Positions 14,590 to 26,341 of a stretch of DNA of 64,000 bases are shown one piece after another. The translations under genes were made by a program, and so were the position numbers. The DNA comes from Felis catus (taxonomy: Eukaryota), in contig NC_058368.1 in NCBI RefSeq assembly GCF_018350175.1, forward strand, positions 206,152,001-206,216,000, given 5' to 3'. The notes beneath the pieces are model-generated. The model saw only the letters and a program-made list of their open reading frames with translations, ran no database searches and was not told the origin of the DNA. Numbering within the stretch: the stretch's first letter is position 1; each line of letters opens with the position of its first letter.

Positions 14590-14835
14590 GTCAAAGGAAA
14601 ACTGGTATAGCTATATGAATCCAAAGTAGACTTCAAAACAAAGGATACATCAGAGATAAAGAGACACTTCATGGCAATAAATGGCTCAATTCATCAAGAG
14701 GAAATAATGATTCTAAAAGTTTATGTGCCTAATAACAGAGCTTCAAAATACATAAAGCAAATGAATAAATCCACACTTACAGTTGGAGATGTCAACACTC
14801 TCAATAACAACTGATAGAACAAGCAGAAAATCACA
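14590..14835 (+). mobile_element. Old L1 ORF2 endonuclease fragment
   Basis: aaagtagacttcaaaacaaagg...tcaattcatcaagagga...tatgtgcctaataacagagcttcaaaatacat...gttggagatgtcaacactc. Confidence 0.7.
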
Positions 14836-16137
14836 TTTAATGAATTCTGTGCACCATATCCGTAGTACTTCAGAGGGCTCCTTATTATCATACCAAACTA
14901 TTTAATCCAGTAGGGCTGTAATCATCCACTTAGTTGGCTTGTCCAGTTTTACATCATGCCTGACCTCAGGAGTTTCTCTTAATACTTAGCATCTGTGCAG
15001 AGAAGAGTTTCCAGACTTAGAGTTCTATTGGAGCCATTTATTAAATACTGTCATAATACACTCGTGGATTGTATAATAGTCTAATAACACATCAACGCTG
15101 AGCCTTTTGTGTTAATCACTTTGTCTTGAGGATGCCTGGGAAACTTAACCTTTGATGAGAAAAATTCCATTTCACAATTATAGAAAATTCCTTGACCCCT
15201 CTGTGTTCCCAGCCGACTTGATCAGCTGATTATTACATAATGGACACTCATTCTGCAGCACATACACTTTATGCCTCAAGTCAATGCATCTCTGTCTTAA
15301 ACATCACTGATGTGTTGTGTACCTAAAACCCCACCCCTGGAATTCAGTGCAAGTCTCCTCTCCTAAGGATGCGCGCAAATGGCAGCAATAACAGGACAGT
15401 TCTTTATGTTTGTCCTTTCACAGGAAATTGTCCTCAGCCTGTAAATCAAAAATAACATTTTATTGTCTTTCTTCTCCTACGCATCTAGTCACCATCAGCC
15501 CATTTCTTCTCAAACAACGACAGTCTTTCTATACAGTCTTGTTAACCCTTGGCTTGGAAAAGCAAATTTCCTTACATGATCGATGTTTTGAGTGTAAATC
15601 TGGAGCTTTGCCTGACAGGAATAAATAAAAAGACAAATTGTAAGTGCTTTGGTTGTCACAGCAGGGATTCCTATCATGCCATCAGCTTTCCTGTCCCCGA
15701 ATGTGTGAGCTGCCTGAAAGACCAAGGTAATTGAAAGGCATGCATATACCTCTGGTTTCTCAGATATTAACGGAAATTGCCTCCTACTGTGGTTGCTTTC
15801 TGGCTCGGTGTTCTGAAAAAGAAACAGGTCATTCCATTTCTAGCACAAGTGTTGAATACACTTTAGTCCATCCAGAAGGAAAAATCTCAGTGGACTGGTA
15901 GGTAGCAAGGCAAATGTGGCTGCTCATTTCTGCTAATCCTGTACTAAAAATGATTCTCTCTCTCTCTCTCTTTCATTTCTTTTCTCTTGTCCCTTTCCAC
16001 CCCTCTCCTACCTCAGAAAAAGAACAGGTACACTTGAACACCTACTTCATTTTGTACCCAAAGTACATAGCATTTTAGTTTATCTTCAAGTTTATGATGA
16101 CCACTTCCACTAGCTATTAGAAATAATCTAAATGCCA

Positions 16138-16290
16138 GGGCACCTGGGTGGCTCAGTTAACTAAGCATCTGATTTCGGCTCAGGTCATGATCTTGTGGTT
16201 CATGATTTCCGGCCCTGTGTCGGACTCTCTCCTGTCTTTACCGAGCCAGCTTCGGATCCACTGCCCCCCCCTCTCTCTGCCCCTCTCCCC

Positions 16291-16342
<52 letters not shown>

Positions 16343-16385
16343 CCCCCCTCCCTCCCTCTCTCTCTCCCTCAAAAATGAACATTTT
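16138..16385 (+). mobile_element. CAN-SINE (host of a nested inverted SINE)
   Basis: gggcacctgggtggctcag head and long (CT)n. Outer TSD gaaataatctaaatgc / gaaataacccaaatgc. Confidence 0.9.
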
Positions 16386-16613
16386 ATTTATTTATTTAAA
16401 AAAAATTTTTTTAACGTTTATTTATTTTTGAGACAGAGAGAGACAGAGCATGAATGGGGGAGGGTCAGAGAGAGGGAGACACAGAATCTGAAACAGGTTC
16501 CAGGCTCTGAGCTGTCAGCACAGAGCCTGACGCGGGACTTGAACTCATGGACCGTGAGATCATGACCTGAGCCGAAGTTGGCCGCTTAACCGACTGAGCC
16601 ACCCAGGCGCCCC
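16386..16613 (-). mobile_element. CAN-SINE inserted into the tail of the preceding SINE
   Basis: TSD caaaaatgaacatttt at 16370-16385 and 16613-16628. Confidence 0.92.
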
Positions 16614-18329
16614 AAAAATGAACATTTTTTTACAAAACGAAATAACCCAAATGCTTATGGTGGGTTAGTGAGTGTGTGGGAGTAAGAAATTTTGGTATCC
16701 ACAGAGAGAAAATATAGAACAGATGATAAGCTATGGGGTTCAACAGTATTCCTTAATACACATATTTATCTTAACCCAAAGGTAAAGGCACATAACAACC
16801 TGTTTTAGGGAATGCTGGGTACGCCATCTGCCCAGCACCTGCAGCTCTAAGTGACTACTTCACAACAGAATGGGATCACAATTCTCACATGAAGCTGAGA
16901 TTAGTCATGACTTTCCCAGCTGAGACGGGGAGCCCTCGATCCAATTAACCAGTTAGCTGGCCAGTTGCCAGGTAACTCAGAGGTCCGGGGTGCATTTGTC
17001 AGATACTTCTGCTTGCAACCCCACACTCCCAGTACCCCGCACCTGAGTATAAGAACCTTCCTCTGTTTCAGGAGATTACAAGTGTCCCAGATTGTTGGTG
17101 GAAGGGAGGGAGGTTATATGCAGAGCAGTCTGGACGAGGTTCACTAAATCTGAGGGCATTGATAAGCAGCACTTCCATTTGGTCAGTTATTAGGAAATGT
17201 CACAAGAAGACACTCTCCAATGTGATCAGATCTTCCAAAGCAGCTTCTCTGCCTGGGTGACTTGCTGTGTCCACTTAAATTGTGAGTGATGACGTGGAGG
17301 ATGAGGCTTGGCTCCCATGTACCTCGCTGAGGCTAGGGATGGTTAATGCACCTGCCAATTCCCTCCTCTTCTTCTGTCCCCCACTAGGTCCAGAGGCTTT
17401 AATGCCAGCACTTTCTGCCTTCTCCTCCAAGGCTATAGCCCTCTCTAACCCAGATGACCCTCACCTGGTCCGAGGCAGCGGGAAGGGCAAACGGGAGGAA
17501 TTCTCACACTCCCTCTCTTCTCTTTGCAGTCAATTTTCATGGCATAAACAGTCCTCCTAGCTTTCCCCTGAGCCTTCTATTTAGATGTTCAAGAGCTTAT
17601 TTTCAAGTTTCAAAAGACTTTAAAAGACTTAACGTTGAAAGTTACTTTCTCCTTGCAGATTTACTGCAATGATCCTAATACTCTTATAAGCAATCATGAA
17701 CATCTCTAACTAGAAGAAAGGTTGAGTGTAAGAATGTTCAGAAAAGAAAGAAGGTACAAAATTTAATACTTCAAGATGGCATCTCTCTACCTCATTCCTG
17801 CTCCCTCCTTCTCCACCAACTATTCACTAACCCCTTACTTCTCCTTCACTAAGTCTGTGAAACTTCTTTCTCAAATCTTAGTTGTCAAATCTGCTAATTT
17901 CTTTGCTTCAGACCTCATTTGACCTCTCCTATAGCATTCGATAATGTTTACCATATCCTCTGTATCAATTAGGAAGGGAGGGTGGTAGAGCACAAGTAGT
18001 AGAAATTTAACCTTATACTAGCTTAAGACAAAAGGAGAAGTTATTGAAAGGATACTGATCTCTTCCTCCCAAATAAATTACTTGTTCAACTTGGTTTTTG
18101 GATCTGCATCTGGGCCTGCAATTTCAAATCTGTCTCCCTACCCAGGGTAGAAATTAACTCCCTTATAACCTCTAACAAATGCAGTTGGCCTCAATTAAGC
18201 ATTTCTGAACATTATTGTTTTCAATCTATTTAAACCTGCCTCCTTATAACTTCCATATATTCTATCTGACTCTTCACTCAAGGGACAATGTGGTATATAA
18301 AGCTAGACCTGGATCCTACGTGGATTTCA

Positions 18330-18875
18330 AGTAGGAACACATTGAGACAACCATTGTGGAAAACAGTATGGAGGTTCCTCAAAAAGTTATAAATAGAACT
18401 ACCATGGGATCTAGTAATTCCACTTCCGAGCAAATATCCAGAGGAATTGAAATCAGGATCCCAAAGAGGTAGCTGCACTCCCATGTTCATTGCAGCATTA
18501 TTCCCAACAGCCAAGATACAGAAACAACCTAAGTGTTCATCCAGGGATGAATGAATAACGCAAATGTGGTACATTTTCCATACACACAATGGAATATTAT
18601 TCAGCCTTTCAAAAGGAAGGAAATCCTGCCATTTACAACAATGTGGGTGGACAAGAATGTGGACACAACGCTAAATGAAATAAACCAAACAAAGAAATAC
18701 TAGATGATCTCACGTATAGGTATGATCTAAAATATTCAAGGGATGCCTCAGTAGCTCAGTTGGTTGAGTGTCTGACTCTCGATTTTGGCTCAGACCATGA
18801 TCCCAAGGTCATGGGATTGAGCCCCACGTAGGGCTCTGGACTGAGTGTGGAGACTGTTTAGGATTCTCTCTCTCC

Positions 18876-18910
<35 letters not shown>

Positions 18911-19385
18911 CTCTCCCCGCTCCTCTCTCTCAAATAAATAAATAATAAAATAAAAGTCAAATTCATAAAGCAGAGTGTAGAATGGTGGCTGCCAGGGGCT
19001 GAGGAGAAGGGCATTTGGGGATGTGATGCTTAAAGAGTGCCAAGGTTTAGTTATGCAAGATGAGTAAGTTCTGGAGATCCACTACATAGCATTGCTGTAG
19101 CTATGTGCTATAGTGCCTATAGCTAACAATCCTTTCACATATACTTAAGATTTTCTAAGAAGAAAGATCTTAGGTGACATTTTTAATAAAAATAAGTGAG
19201 AAATAAGAATAAATAAGAAATATAATAAGAGAGGTGGGAGAAAACTTTGGGAGGTGATGGATAGGTTTATGGTCTTGATTGGTATATACTTATCCCCAGA
19301 CGCATCCAGTTGTACATATTAAATCAGTACAGCTTTTTACATGTCAATCATACCTCAATAAAGTAGTTTAAAGAATAAAAATATA
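18330..19385 (+). mobile_element. L1 3' region (L1MA/MB-like) with an inserted CAN-SINE at about 18740-18955
   Basis: ggaaaacagtatggaggttcctcaaaaag...atgttcattgcagcattatt...caatcatacctcaataaag. SINE head gggatgcctcagtagctcag. Confidence 0.85.
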
Positions 19386-19473
19386 TTTAAAAAGAACACA
19401 TTAGGCATTCTTCATGGGAAGATTCTTTAAAATTAAACATGATATAGATCAAAAAATTCCAAAGGATAGTATC

Positions 19474-19490
19474 TTTAATGAGATTTTAAT
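19474..19490 (-). terminator. Candidate C7 polyadenylation signals (two ATTAAA), implying a 3' UTR of about 1 kb
   Basis: TTTAAT on + at 19474-19479 and 19485-19490, just before the repeat-rich intergenic DNA. No transcript evidence is available. Confidence 0.3.
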
Positions 19491-20470
19491 CACTGTCATT
19501 TTAACTAAGGTTTTGCTGAAATGTCTTTATCAGTATCAGAAAAGTACACAGATATTATTTGTATATAAAAGCATATTTTAAATTCCATTTAAGCCCACTC
19601 ATGTGATCTCCCACAGCTAGTTTTTTGTTTTGATGAAAGATGAATAAGGAATAAATAGAAGGCCAATGTCTCACACTGATGTACCTGTATGGCCCTCTGA
19701 AAAATCCAAGCATGTATTCACATTAGAGAAAACTATTTTGTCAAATATATGATCACTCAACAGCCCAGGCATGAACCGATGTTTCCTACAGAAGAAAAGG
19801 GGAGAAAGTGGGCAAATTACAGTCCTCGTGTTTGACACACACTAAAGAAAAGCCCCAAAGAGAAGACGGGATTGTGTTTGTTGTTCGACAAGAAGGCAGA
19901 AGGTACCACAATAAACTTGGTTCTGAAATTTCAGCGGTTCCATTCCCAGTAAGATTTAAGGATCCTTACATGTGGTACTGGAGTCCACAGGGCCAGGCGA
20001 GAGATTACTCCTTGGGATGGATATTTGTATCTGTCTTTTTCCATTTAAGGTCCCGTTTGCATTCAGTTTCACTGAGAGAAGCCAACCTCTCTAATCTTAC
20101 CGTTTTCCTAATCCTTTTGTACAGTGTTTCCGGCCCATGGGTGGAGTCCATCATACTTAAAAGAATCATAGGGCTGAAGGGAGTATTCCAGGTTCTCCGG
20201 TCTAATCCTCTCATTTTCAGATTAAAAAGTCAAGGTCCAGGCGTGTCAGCAATTTGTCCAGGAACACACAGCTCATGCAAAGGTTCGTGCGTACTGTTCA
20301 TCCTGACTGGCATTTTAAATAGGAAGAACAGGAGCATCTCGGTTCAGGTTTGGCAGAACGCAGGTCGGTGCTTCTACTGGTGGCTGGCAGTTGGGAGAAG
20401 TGACCGTATGTACGTTTTACCTCAGCCACGGCAGCTGCGGGATTCGGAACCAGCCAAGGGCCACGGGAGC

Positions 20471-20652
20471 CTACGGGGTCCCCGCTCCGCAGGGCCGCGT
20501 GCTGGTGACCCTGACGCCCTGCCCTTGGCACCTGAGCGCGCCGGCCGCACACTCGGTCATCGTCTGCTCCACACCGTTCACTTCCACGCAGACGCTAAGG
20601 CCGCCTTCCTCGCACTCCGATGCTTCTCTGCAGACACATTTGCTGCTCTGGG
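20471..20652 (-). CDS. C7: Complement C7 last coding exon (exon 18 equivalent), FIM2, TAG stop
   Basis: 182 nt. [59 protein letters not shown], stop at 20471-20473. Confidence 0.96.
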
Positions 20653-20863
20653 CTGGAAAGAAGAGCGGCAGAGGCTTAATGGCACATGGAGGAGGTGGGA
20701 GAGTGAAGTCACATTACCTCCAAAGTCCCAATGCCCTGCGGAGATCTCTCCAAGCTCCTGCCTGGAGGCATCAACTGACCGCCCTGGGAGAGGGGGAGGG
20801 CCAGGGAAGCCCAGCATTGCGCTCCACTCAGCATGAGGAGGGTTCTAGGCTGGCACCAGGCCG

Positions 20864-20865
<2 letters not shown>

Positions 20866-20903
<38 letters not shown>
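20866..20903. repeat. Poly-G tract (G38)
   Basis: Uninterrupted run of 38 G in the last C7 intron. Confidence 0.95.
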
Positions 20904-20905
<2 letters not shown>

Positions 20906-21161
20906 TGGGCCAGCCCTCTCCAAATCAGGGGCACTCCCTCTCTCTCTTCCTCCTCTGGGCTGCTGGCTAGGGGAGCCAGAAGCTGAGTAAGCCCTCAACC
21001 CCTGACCAGATAAGGAGACCTCAACAAAGACCAAGTTGACTCAAGGCTCAAACAGAGACAAAGAAAAGAACTCAACTTACTTTAAGAGAGAGGGCATAAA
21101 ACACAGAAGACCACATACGGGGTGCGGGAACAGTGGGGGGAGGGGGGCGGAGAACAAGTCT

Positions 21162-21367
21162 GGGGCACCTGGGTGGGGTTAAGTGCCAACTTCGGCTCAG
21201 GTCATGATTTCACAGTTCCTGAGTACAAGCCCTGCATTGGGCTCTGTGCTGCCAGCTCAGAGCCTGGAACCTGCTTCAGATTCTGTGTCTCCCTCTCTCT
21301 CTGCCCCTCCCTGCTCACAGTCTGTCTGTCTCTCTCTCAAAAATAAACATTAAAAAAAAAAAAAAAA
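21162..21367 (+). mobile_element. CAN-SINE
   Basis: ggggcacctgggtgg head, (CT)n, aataaacattA(n). Confidence 0.9.
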
Positions 21368-22090
21368 GCCAGAAATGAGTTGGGGGAGAATTCACAGTGT
21401 GCGCTTAGGTGTCAGGCTGGAATGCACCAGCCAGGTGTCTCCAAAAGGAGTGACAAGCTCACTGGTGACTGGCGATCCTAACCGAACCCAATGGTTTAGA
21501 GTTCAGTATGTCATCGCCTGGGTGGCCAACAGTCCAGGAGCGAGAGAGCAGGGGCCCGGCTGGCACAGGCCATGGGGAGGACCTGAGTTGCTGGCAGAGA
21601 TCTCACAGATCACATAGTCCGGCTCCCAAATTTACAGATGGGGAAACTGAGGCAGTGACTTGGCTGCAGCCAGCCTGGCTTTCCCCCTTGATAATATACC
21701 TGAAACTGTGGGAGGTAGGCCATGCCAGGGGTGCTGTTCAAGATCACTGTAAGTGCTATATGGACACAGTTGACCGGCCAATCTTGAACCACAACTTGAA
21801 AGAGTAACTCCTTTTTTTATTCTCTTCAAATTCTTTTTATTACTTCTAGGAGAAAGTGTCACCTTGGCACTGATATGCTTTTAACACCCCCTAACACTTG
21901 CTGAACTCCCTTTATCCCAAAGAAGCAGCATCCCTCAAGCTGCCAGCAGCATCTGGCTAGAATCTACAACCTTATTTTGTTTCATATGTATTTTTGTGGT
22001 CATCTAATATTTATGGCAAGTGATGCTTCTTTTTAAGAAATGATAAAATTTCCTTTTTTAAAAAAGTTATTTTTATGTGAGTCCATTTTT

Positions 22091-22287
22091 TAAAATGTTT
22101 TTAACGTTTACTTATTTTTGAGAGGGGTGGGGAGGGGCAGAGAGAGAGGGAGACACAGAATCTGAAGCAGGATCCAGGTTCTGAGCTGTCTGCAGAGAGC
22201 CCGATGTGGGGCTCGAACTCACAAACTGTGAGATCATGACCTGAGCTGAAGTCAGACTCTTAACTGACTGAGCCACCCAGGCACCCC
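22091..22287 (-). mobile_element. CAN-SINE
   Basis: TSD tgtgagtc(c/t)attttt at 22076-22090 and 22288-22302. Confidence 0.92.
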
Positions 22288-22567
22288 TGTGAGTCTATTT
22301 TTTTTTTTTAATGAGTTCATTATATGGATAATAGGAGGACAGAGCAAAAATCATGAAGGTGGAATGAGAATCACCAGTGTTTGGGAGGACATTCAAACCA
22401 TCAAGAATGTCTCCTTGTCTTCTTAGATACTTGACCTACCCCATTCCCCAAGGAGGACTGTGGATAAGGACAGTTCACTCTCAAACCAGCCTGAACTTTC
22501 ATGTCCTCAGGAATCTGCTTGGATCTGCTGCTAAACTAGAAACTACCATTTAAAAGGCCTCAGTACT

Positions 22568-22782
22568 GGCGCGCCTGGGTGGCTCAGTCGATTGAGCCTC
22601 CGACTTCAGCTCAGGTCATGATCTCACATCTCGTTGAGTTCGAGCCCCGCATTGGGCTCTGTGCGGACAGCTCGGAGCCTGGAGCCTGCTTTGGATTCTT
22701 TGTCTGCCTCTCTCTCTGCCCCTAACCCGCTCACAGTCTGTCTCTGTCTCTCTCAAAAATAAATAAACATTTAAAAATAAAA
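22568..22782 (+). mobile_element. CAN-SINE next to the C7 exon 17 donor
   Basis: TSD taaaag(g/a)cctcagtact at 22551-22567 and 22783-22799. Confidence 0.93.
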
Positions 22783-22844
22783 TAAAAGACCTCAGTACTA
22801 CTACCTTAGCACTGTTATAGTTACAAATACACAATGCCCCTTAC

Positions 22845-23029
22845 CATCGCATTTTCCCCAGAGCGGACAGGCACCACAGGCTTTCTGGGCTGGGACAGGC
22901 AGAGTGCAGCTCTCCCTATCAGCAAGAGTGTAATTTCTACCCTGACAGTGGAGAACGTGCAGCTTGCAAACTGTCAGAGGCAGTATCCTTTTGCTTCTCT
23001 CATCTCGCGCACATACATCCAAGGAGGAT
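22845..23029 (-). CDS. C7: Complement C7 exon (exon 17 equivalent), FIM1/FIM2
   Basis: 185 nt. [61 protein letters not shown](A). Donor GTAAGG. Confidence 0.96.
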
Positions 23030-24243
23030 CTGAAACAAATTTTTTAAATTACATTATTTAGAAGACTTTCCTTCTTACAAGTGGAGGATGTGAAGTGAAA
23101 GGCGAGGCTGGGAGCTCAGTGTCTCAGATGTCACCACCCACAGGAAAAAGATGGAGCAAACACTCAAATCTCCTTCATCGCTGGGGCTCACCCTCCTCAG
23201 ATCTTCGAGATGAACAAATTTTGCTCTGTATTTGCTCCCAATTTTTACAAGCTGAGATATCTAGTGTTGATCTTGTTTCATCTAGAGCAGATCAGATACA
23301 GCAACTTAGAAGAGAAGGCAAGGTCTGCTGGGGACACGGGTGGGTTGACAAGCAGGAAGGAGACAGAAAATCAGCAAAGATCACACATTCAGAGATGGCA
23401 GTCCTGTGGGACCATTGAAGGCAGGAGAAGTTAGCTCCTCCCAGTCCGGTAGCCTGGAGAGTTCCTGTCCATAACACGGCATTGTGCAACACTTCATGAC
23501 CGATGCCTCAAGGGAAGATGAAACTGTATTTTTCAATAGGATTTTTTAAAGTATCTATGTTTACAAAATAGTTTAGAAATAGTTCTAGAAAAAGTATTAC
23601 TTTTTTTCCTTAAGCATTGGTACTCAAATGGTGAGATTCAGCTTTGTAGAAATGTCACTAATAAAAACAAGGACATTTCTGAATGTTGATGGATAAGGAA
23701 AGCATTACTGTAGTGAAACCTTAGACAACAAAGTATTTTTGTATAGTAGACGGAGTCTATATTTATTTTTATATATGTTTAGCTCTCATACTTTCTTCAA
23801 TGGCCAAGAGCTAAATTTACTTGGAGTTGTTTACATCACAAAAACAAATCCTTATATCTTTCTTTTATATGTTTATTTAAACCTTAAATCGAACTACTCA
23901 GAACAGCTTGAAGGGCAGAGACCTTGTAAAGCCACCTGGTTATCAGTATCTGATAGAAAGCTCACACCAAGTCTCTAAACAGCAGGCTGCAGATAAACTA
24001 AATGAATCAGAGAAGTTGGAAAGAGGATGAAAGTGAATCAAAGTCAACAATGATTAATAAAAAATAACACCACAGTCAGAATATTCTGGGATGACCACCA
24101 CTGCCATTTACAGTATTTAGCTATATTTTTTTCTCACAAGAAGTTACATCTTATAAGATGCCACCAGAATCACCATTACTCCCTGTGAGTGTTCAAGGAG
24201 TTGGATATGTGTTTTGACGACAATAATAATTGAAAGCCAAGTA

Positions 24244-24790
24244 TAGTTGATCCGTGAGCAACATTGGTTTTAACTGCATGCGTGGGTCCACTTATACATG
24301 GATTTTTTTTTAATGTTTATTTATTTATGTAGAGAGTGCGCACGCACTCGAGCAAGGGAGGAGCAGGGAGAGAGGGAGAGAGAGAATCCCCAGCAGGCTC
24401 TCGAAGTAGAACTCAATCCCATGAACTGCGAAGTAGAACTCAATCATGACCTGAGCTGAAAGCAAGAATTGAACGCTTAACCTACTGAGCCGTCTAGGTG
24501 CCCCTGGGTTTTTTGGATATAGTATAGTACTATAAATGTATTTTCTCTTCCTTATGATTTTCTTAATAGCATTTTCTTCTCTCTAGTTACTTTATTATAA
24601 TAATACAGTAAATAATACATATAACACAGAAAATATTTATGTTATTGGTAACATAACATATGTTATTGGTAACAGTCAACAGTAGGCTCTCAGTAGTTAA
24701 GTTTTGGAGAAGTCAAAAGTTATATGTGGATTTTTGACTATGCGAGGGGATTAGCACCCCTAACCCCCCATGTTGTTCAAGGGCAAACTG
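24244..24790. mobile_element. Tigger2a/MER8-like Tc1-mariner MITE with an inserted CAN-SINE (-, about 24303-24504)
   Basis: TIRs tagttgatccgtgagcaaca / tgttgttcaagggcaaactg, flanked by TA dinucleotides. Confidence 0.75.
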
Positions 24791-24900
24791 TAACTGGTCA
24801 GTAAATTTGTGTTTTGATTCTTAGCCTTAAAGATGACCAATAAACGTCTTAGCCTAGTTATCTCCCATTTGTGTCTCCAGATTGGTTCTCCACTCTTCCA

Positions 24901-24931
24901 CCCCCCCCCCCCCCCCCCCCCCCCACCCCCC
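24901..24931. repeat. Poly-C tract (C24-A-C6)
   Basis: Direct reading. It is a G-run on the C7 sense strand. Confidence 0.95.
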
Positions 24932-25153
24932 GCTGCCAGGAAGGCTGAAACTATGAGCTATATCCATAGACTTCCTTGTCCTCTAGCTTCAGGTGAATTT
25001 GAGCAATGGCAGGAGATTTAAGGGATATTTACTGCCCTGACTCACTCCAGGGCAGTCTCTGAGGTCCCTAAAATGAGGGACTCCACTCTTCCTTGGCTGC
25101 CATCTGTACAGAATCTTCCTCTGTCTCCAGCTTTGCATAAAAGCTCTTCCTGT

Positions 25154-25373
25154 GGAGCACCTCTTCCTGTGAGCCTCTGACTCTTGATCTCAGCTCAGGT
25201 CATGGTCTTGCTGTTCCTTGGGTTTGAACTCCACAATGGGCTCTGCAGTATCAGTGCTTGGGATTCTCTCTCTCTCTCTCTGCCCCTCCCTTGCTCACAC
25301 AGCCTCTCTCTCTCTCTCTCTCTCTAAATAAATAAATAAATAAATAAATAAATAGATAGATAAAACTTAAAAA
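25154..25373 (+). mobile_element. CAN-SINE with altered head
   Basis: Body tcttgatctcagctcaggtcatg, (CT)n and (TAAA)n tail. Confidence 0.85.
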
Positions 25374-25707
25374 AAAAAGCTCCTCTTGTCACTCTGCAGG
25401 CCTGGGGGCATGGATTTGTACCCTGGTTGTTTGCAGTCTGGGAGTACTGCCCTGTGGGAGTCCTGCCAGTTTCTCTCACTCTGCCCACACTTCTGTAAAC
25501 AGTCCCCTAGGAAACCTCCTCTTGTCTTAATGCAATCATACAATCTGTCCAACTAGGACCATAACATAGACATCTAGTACCTACTTCAGATATCCACCCA
25601 CGGTGGAGTGATTTCAAGTTGGGTAGAATTCTCGTAATGCACATCTAGAGACACGGACATTTCAGAAACCAGTATCTCTATTGGTACTGCATTAAGAGTG
25701 TATCTTT

Positions 25708-25915
25708 GGACAGCTGGGAGGCTCAGTTGATTAAGCATGGACTCTTGGTTTCAGCTCAGGTCACGATCTCACGGTTTCATGAGTTCCAGCCCTGCATTGG
25801 GCTCTGTGCTGACAGCATGGAGCCTGCTTGGGATTCTCTCTCTGCCTCTCTCTCTGCCCCTCCCCTGCTCGTGCTGTCTCTGTCTCTCTCAAAATAAAGA
25901 AATAAACTTTTTTTT
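25708..25915 (+). mobile_element. CAN-SINE
   Basis: Flanked by the TSD-like aa(g/a)agtgtatcttt. Confidence 0.9.
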
Positions 25916-26250
25916 AAAAAGTGTATCTTTCAAGAGAATTTCAATCCTAATCTTTGTAAGCTATAAATCCTCAAGTTTTCATGTTGCCCCAACTTATGTA
26001 GAAAACTAGCAGTGCCCAAGTCCTTCAGCCTTTCTCTAGACAGAGTAGAACACTGCTTAACACCACTGGTGTCAGCCCCAGAGACCCAGGCAAATAACAG
26101 ACAGCAGATGGGCCAGATTAAAATGCAAGCAAAAATCTTTAACCCTTGGTAAGCAACACCCTGGATCAAACAGAGACACTAGCATCTACCAAAACATTTT
26201 TTATCTTGAATAAAACAAACCAGAGAGAGGTGAGCAAAGACAGAGCTTAC

Positions 26251-26341
26251 CCACATTCATAAGGCATTTTACAAACACATCTTGAATTCTTCAGTTTCTC
26301 CCAGGGCTGACATTCAGGCACTGCCAGGGTTAAAGTGGTTT
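26251..26341 (-). CDS. C7: Complement C7 exon (exon 16 equivalent), start of FIM1
   Basis: 91 nt, poly-T plus TAG acceptor and GTAAGC donor. [29 protein letters not shown](G). Confidence 0.94.

Noticed and set aside
20391..21034. Poly-Gly and poly-Pro ORFs
   Set aside because: They are artefacts of the G38 homopolymer and the GC-rich C7 last exon.
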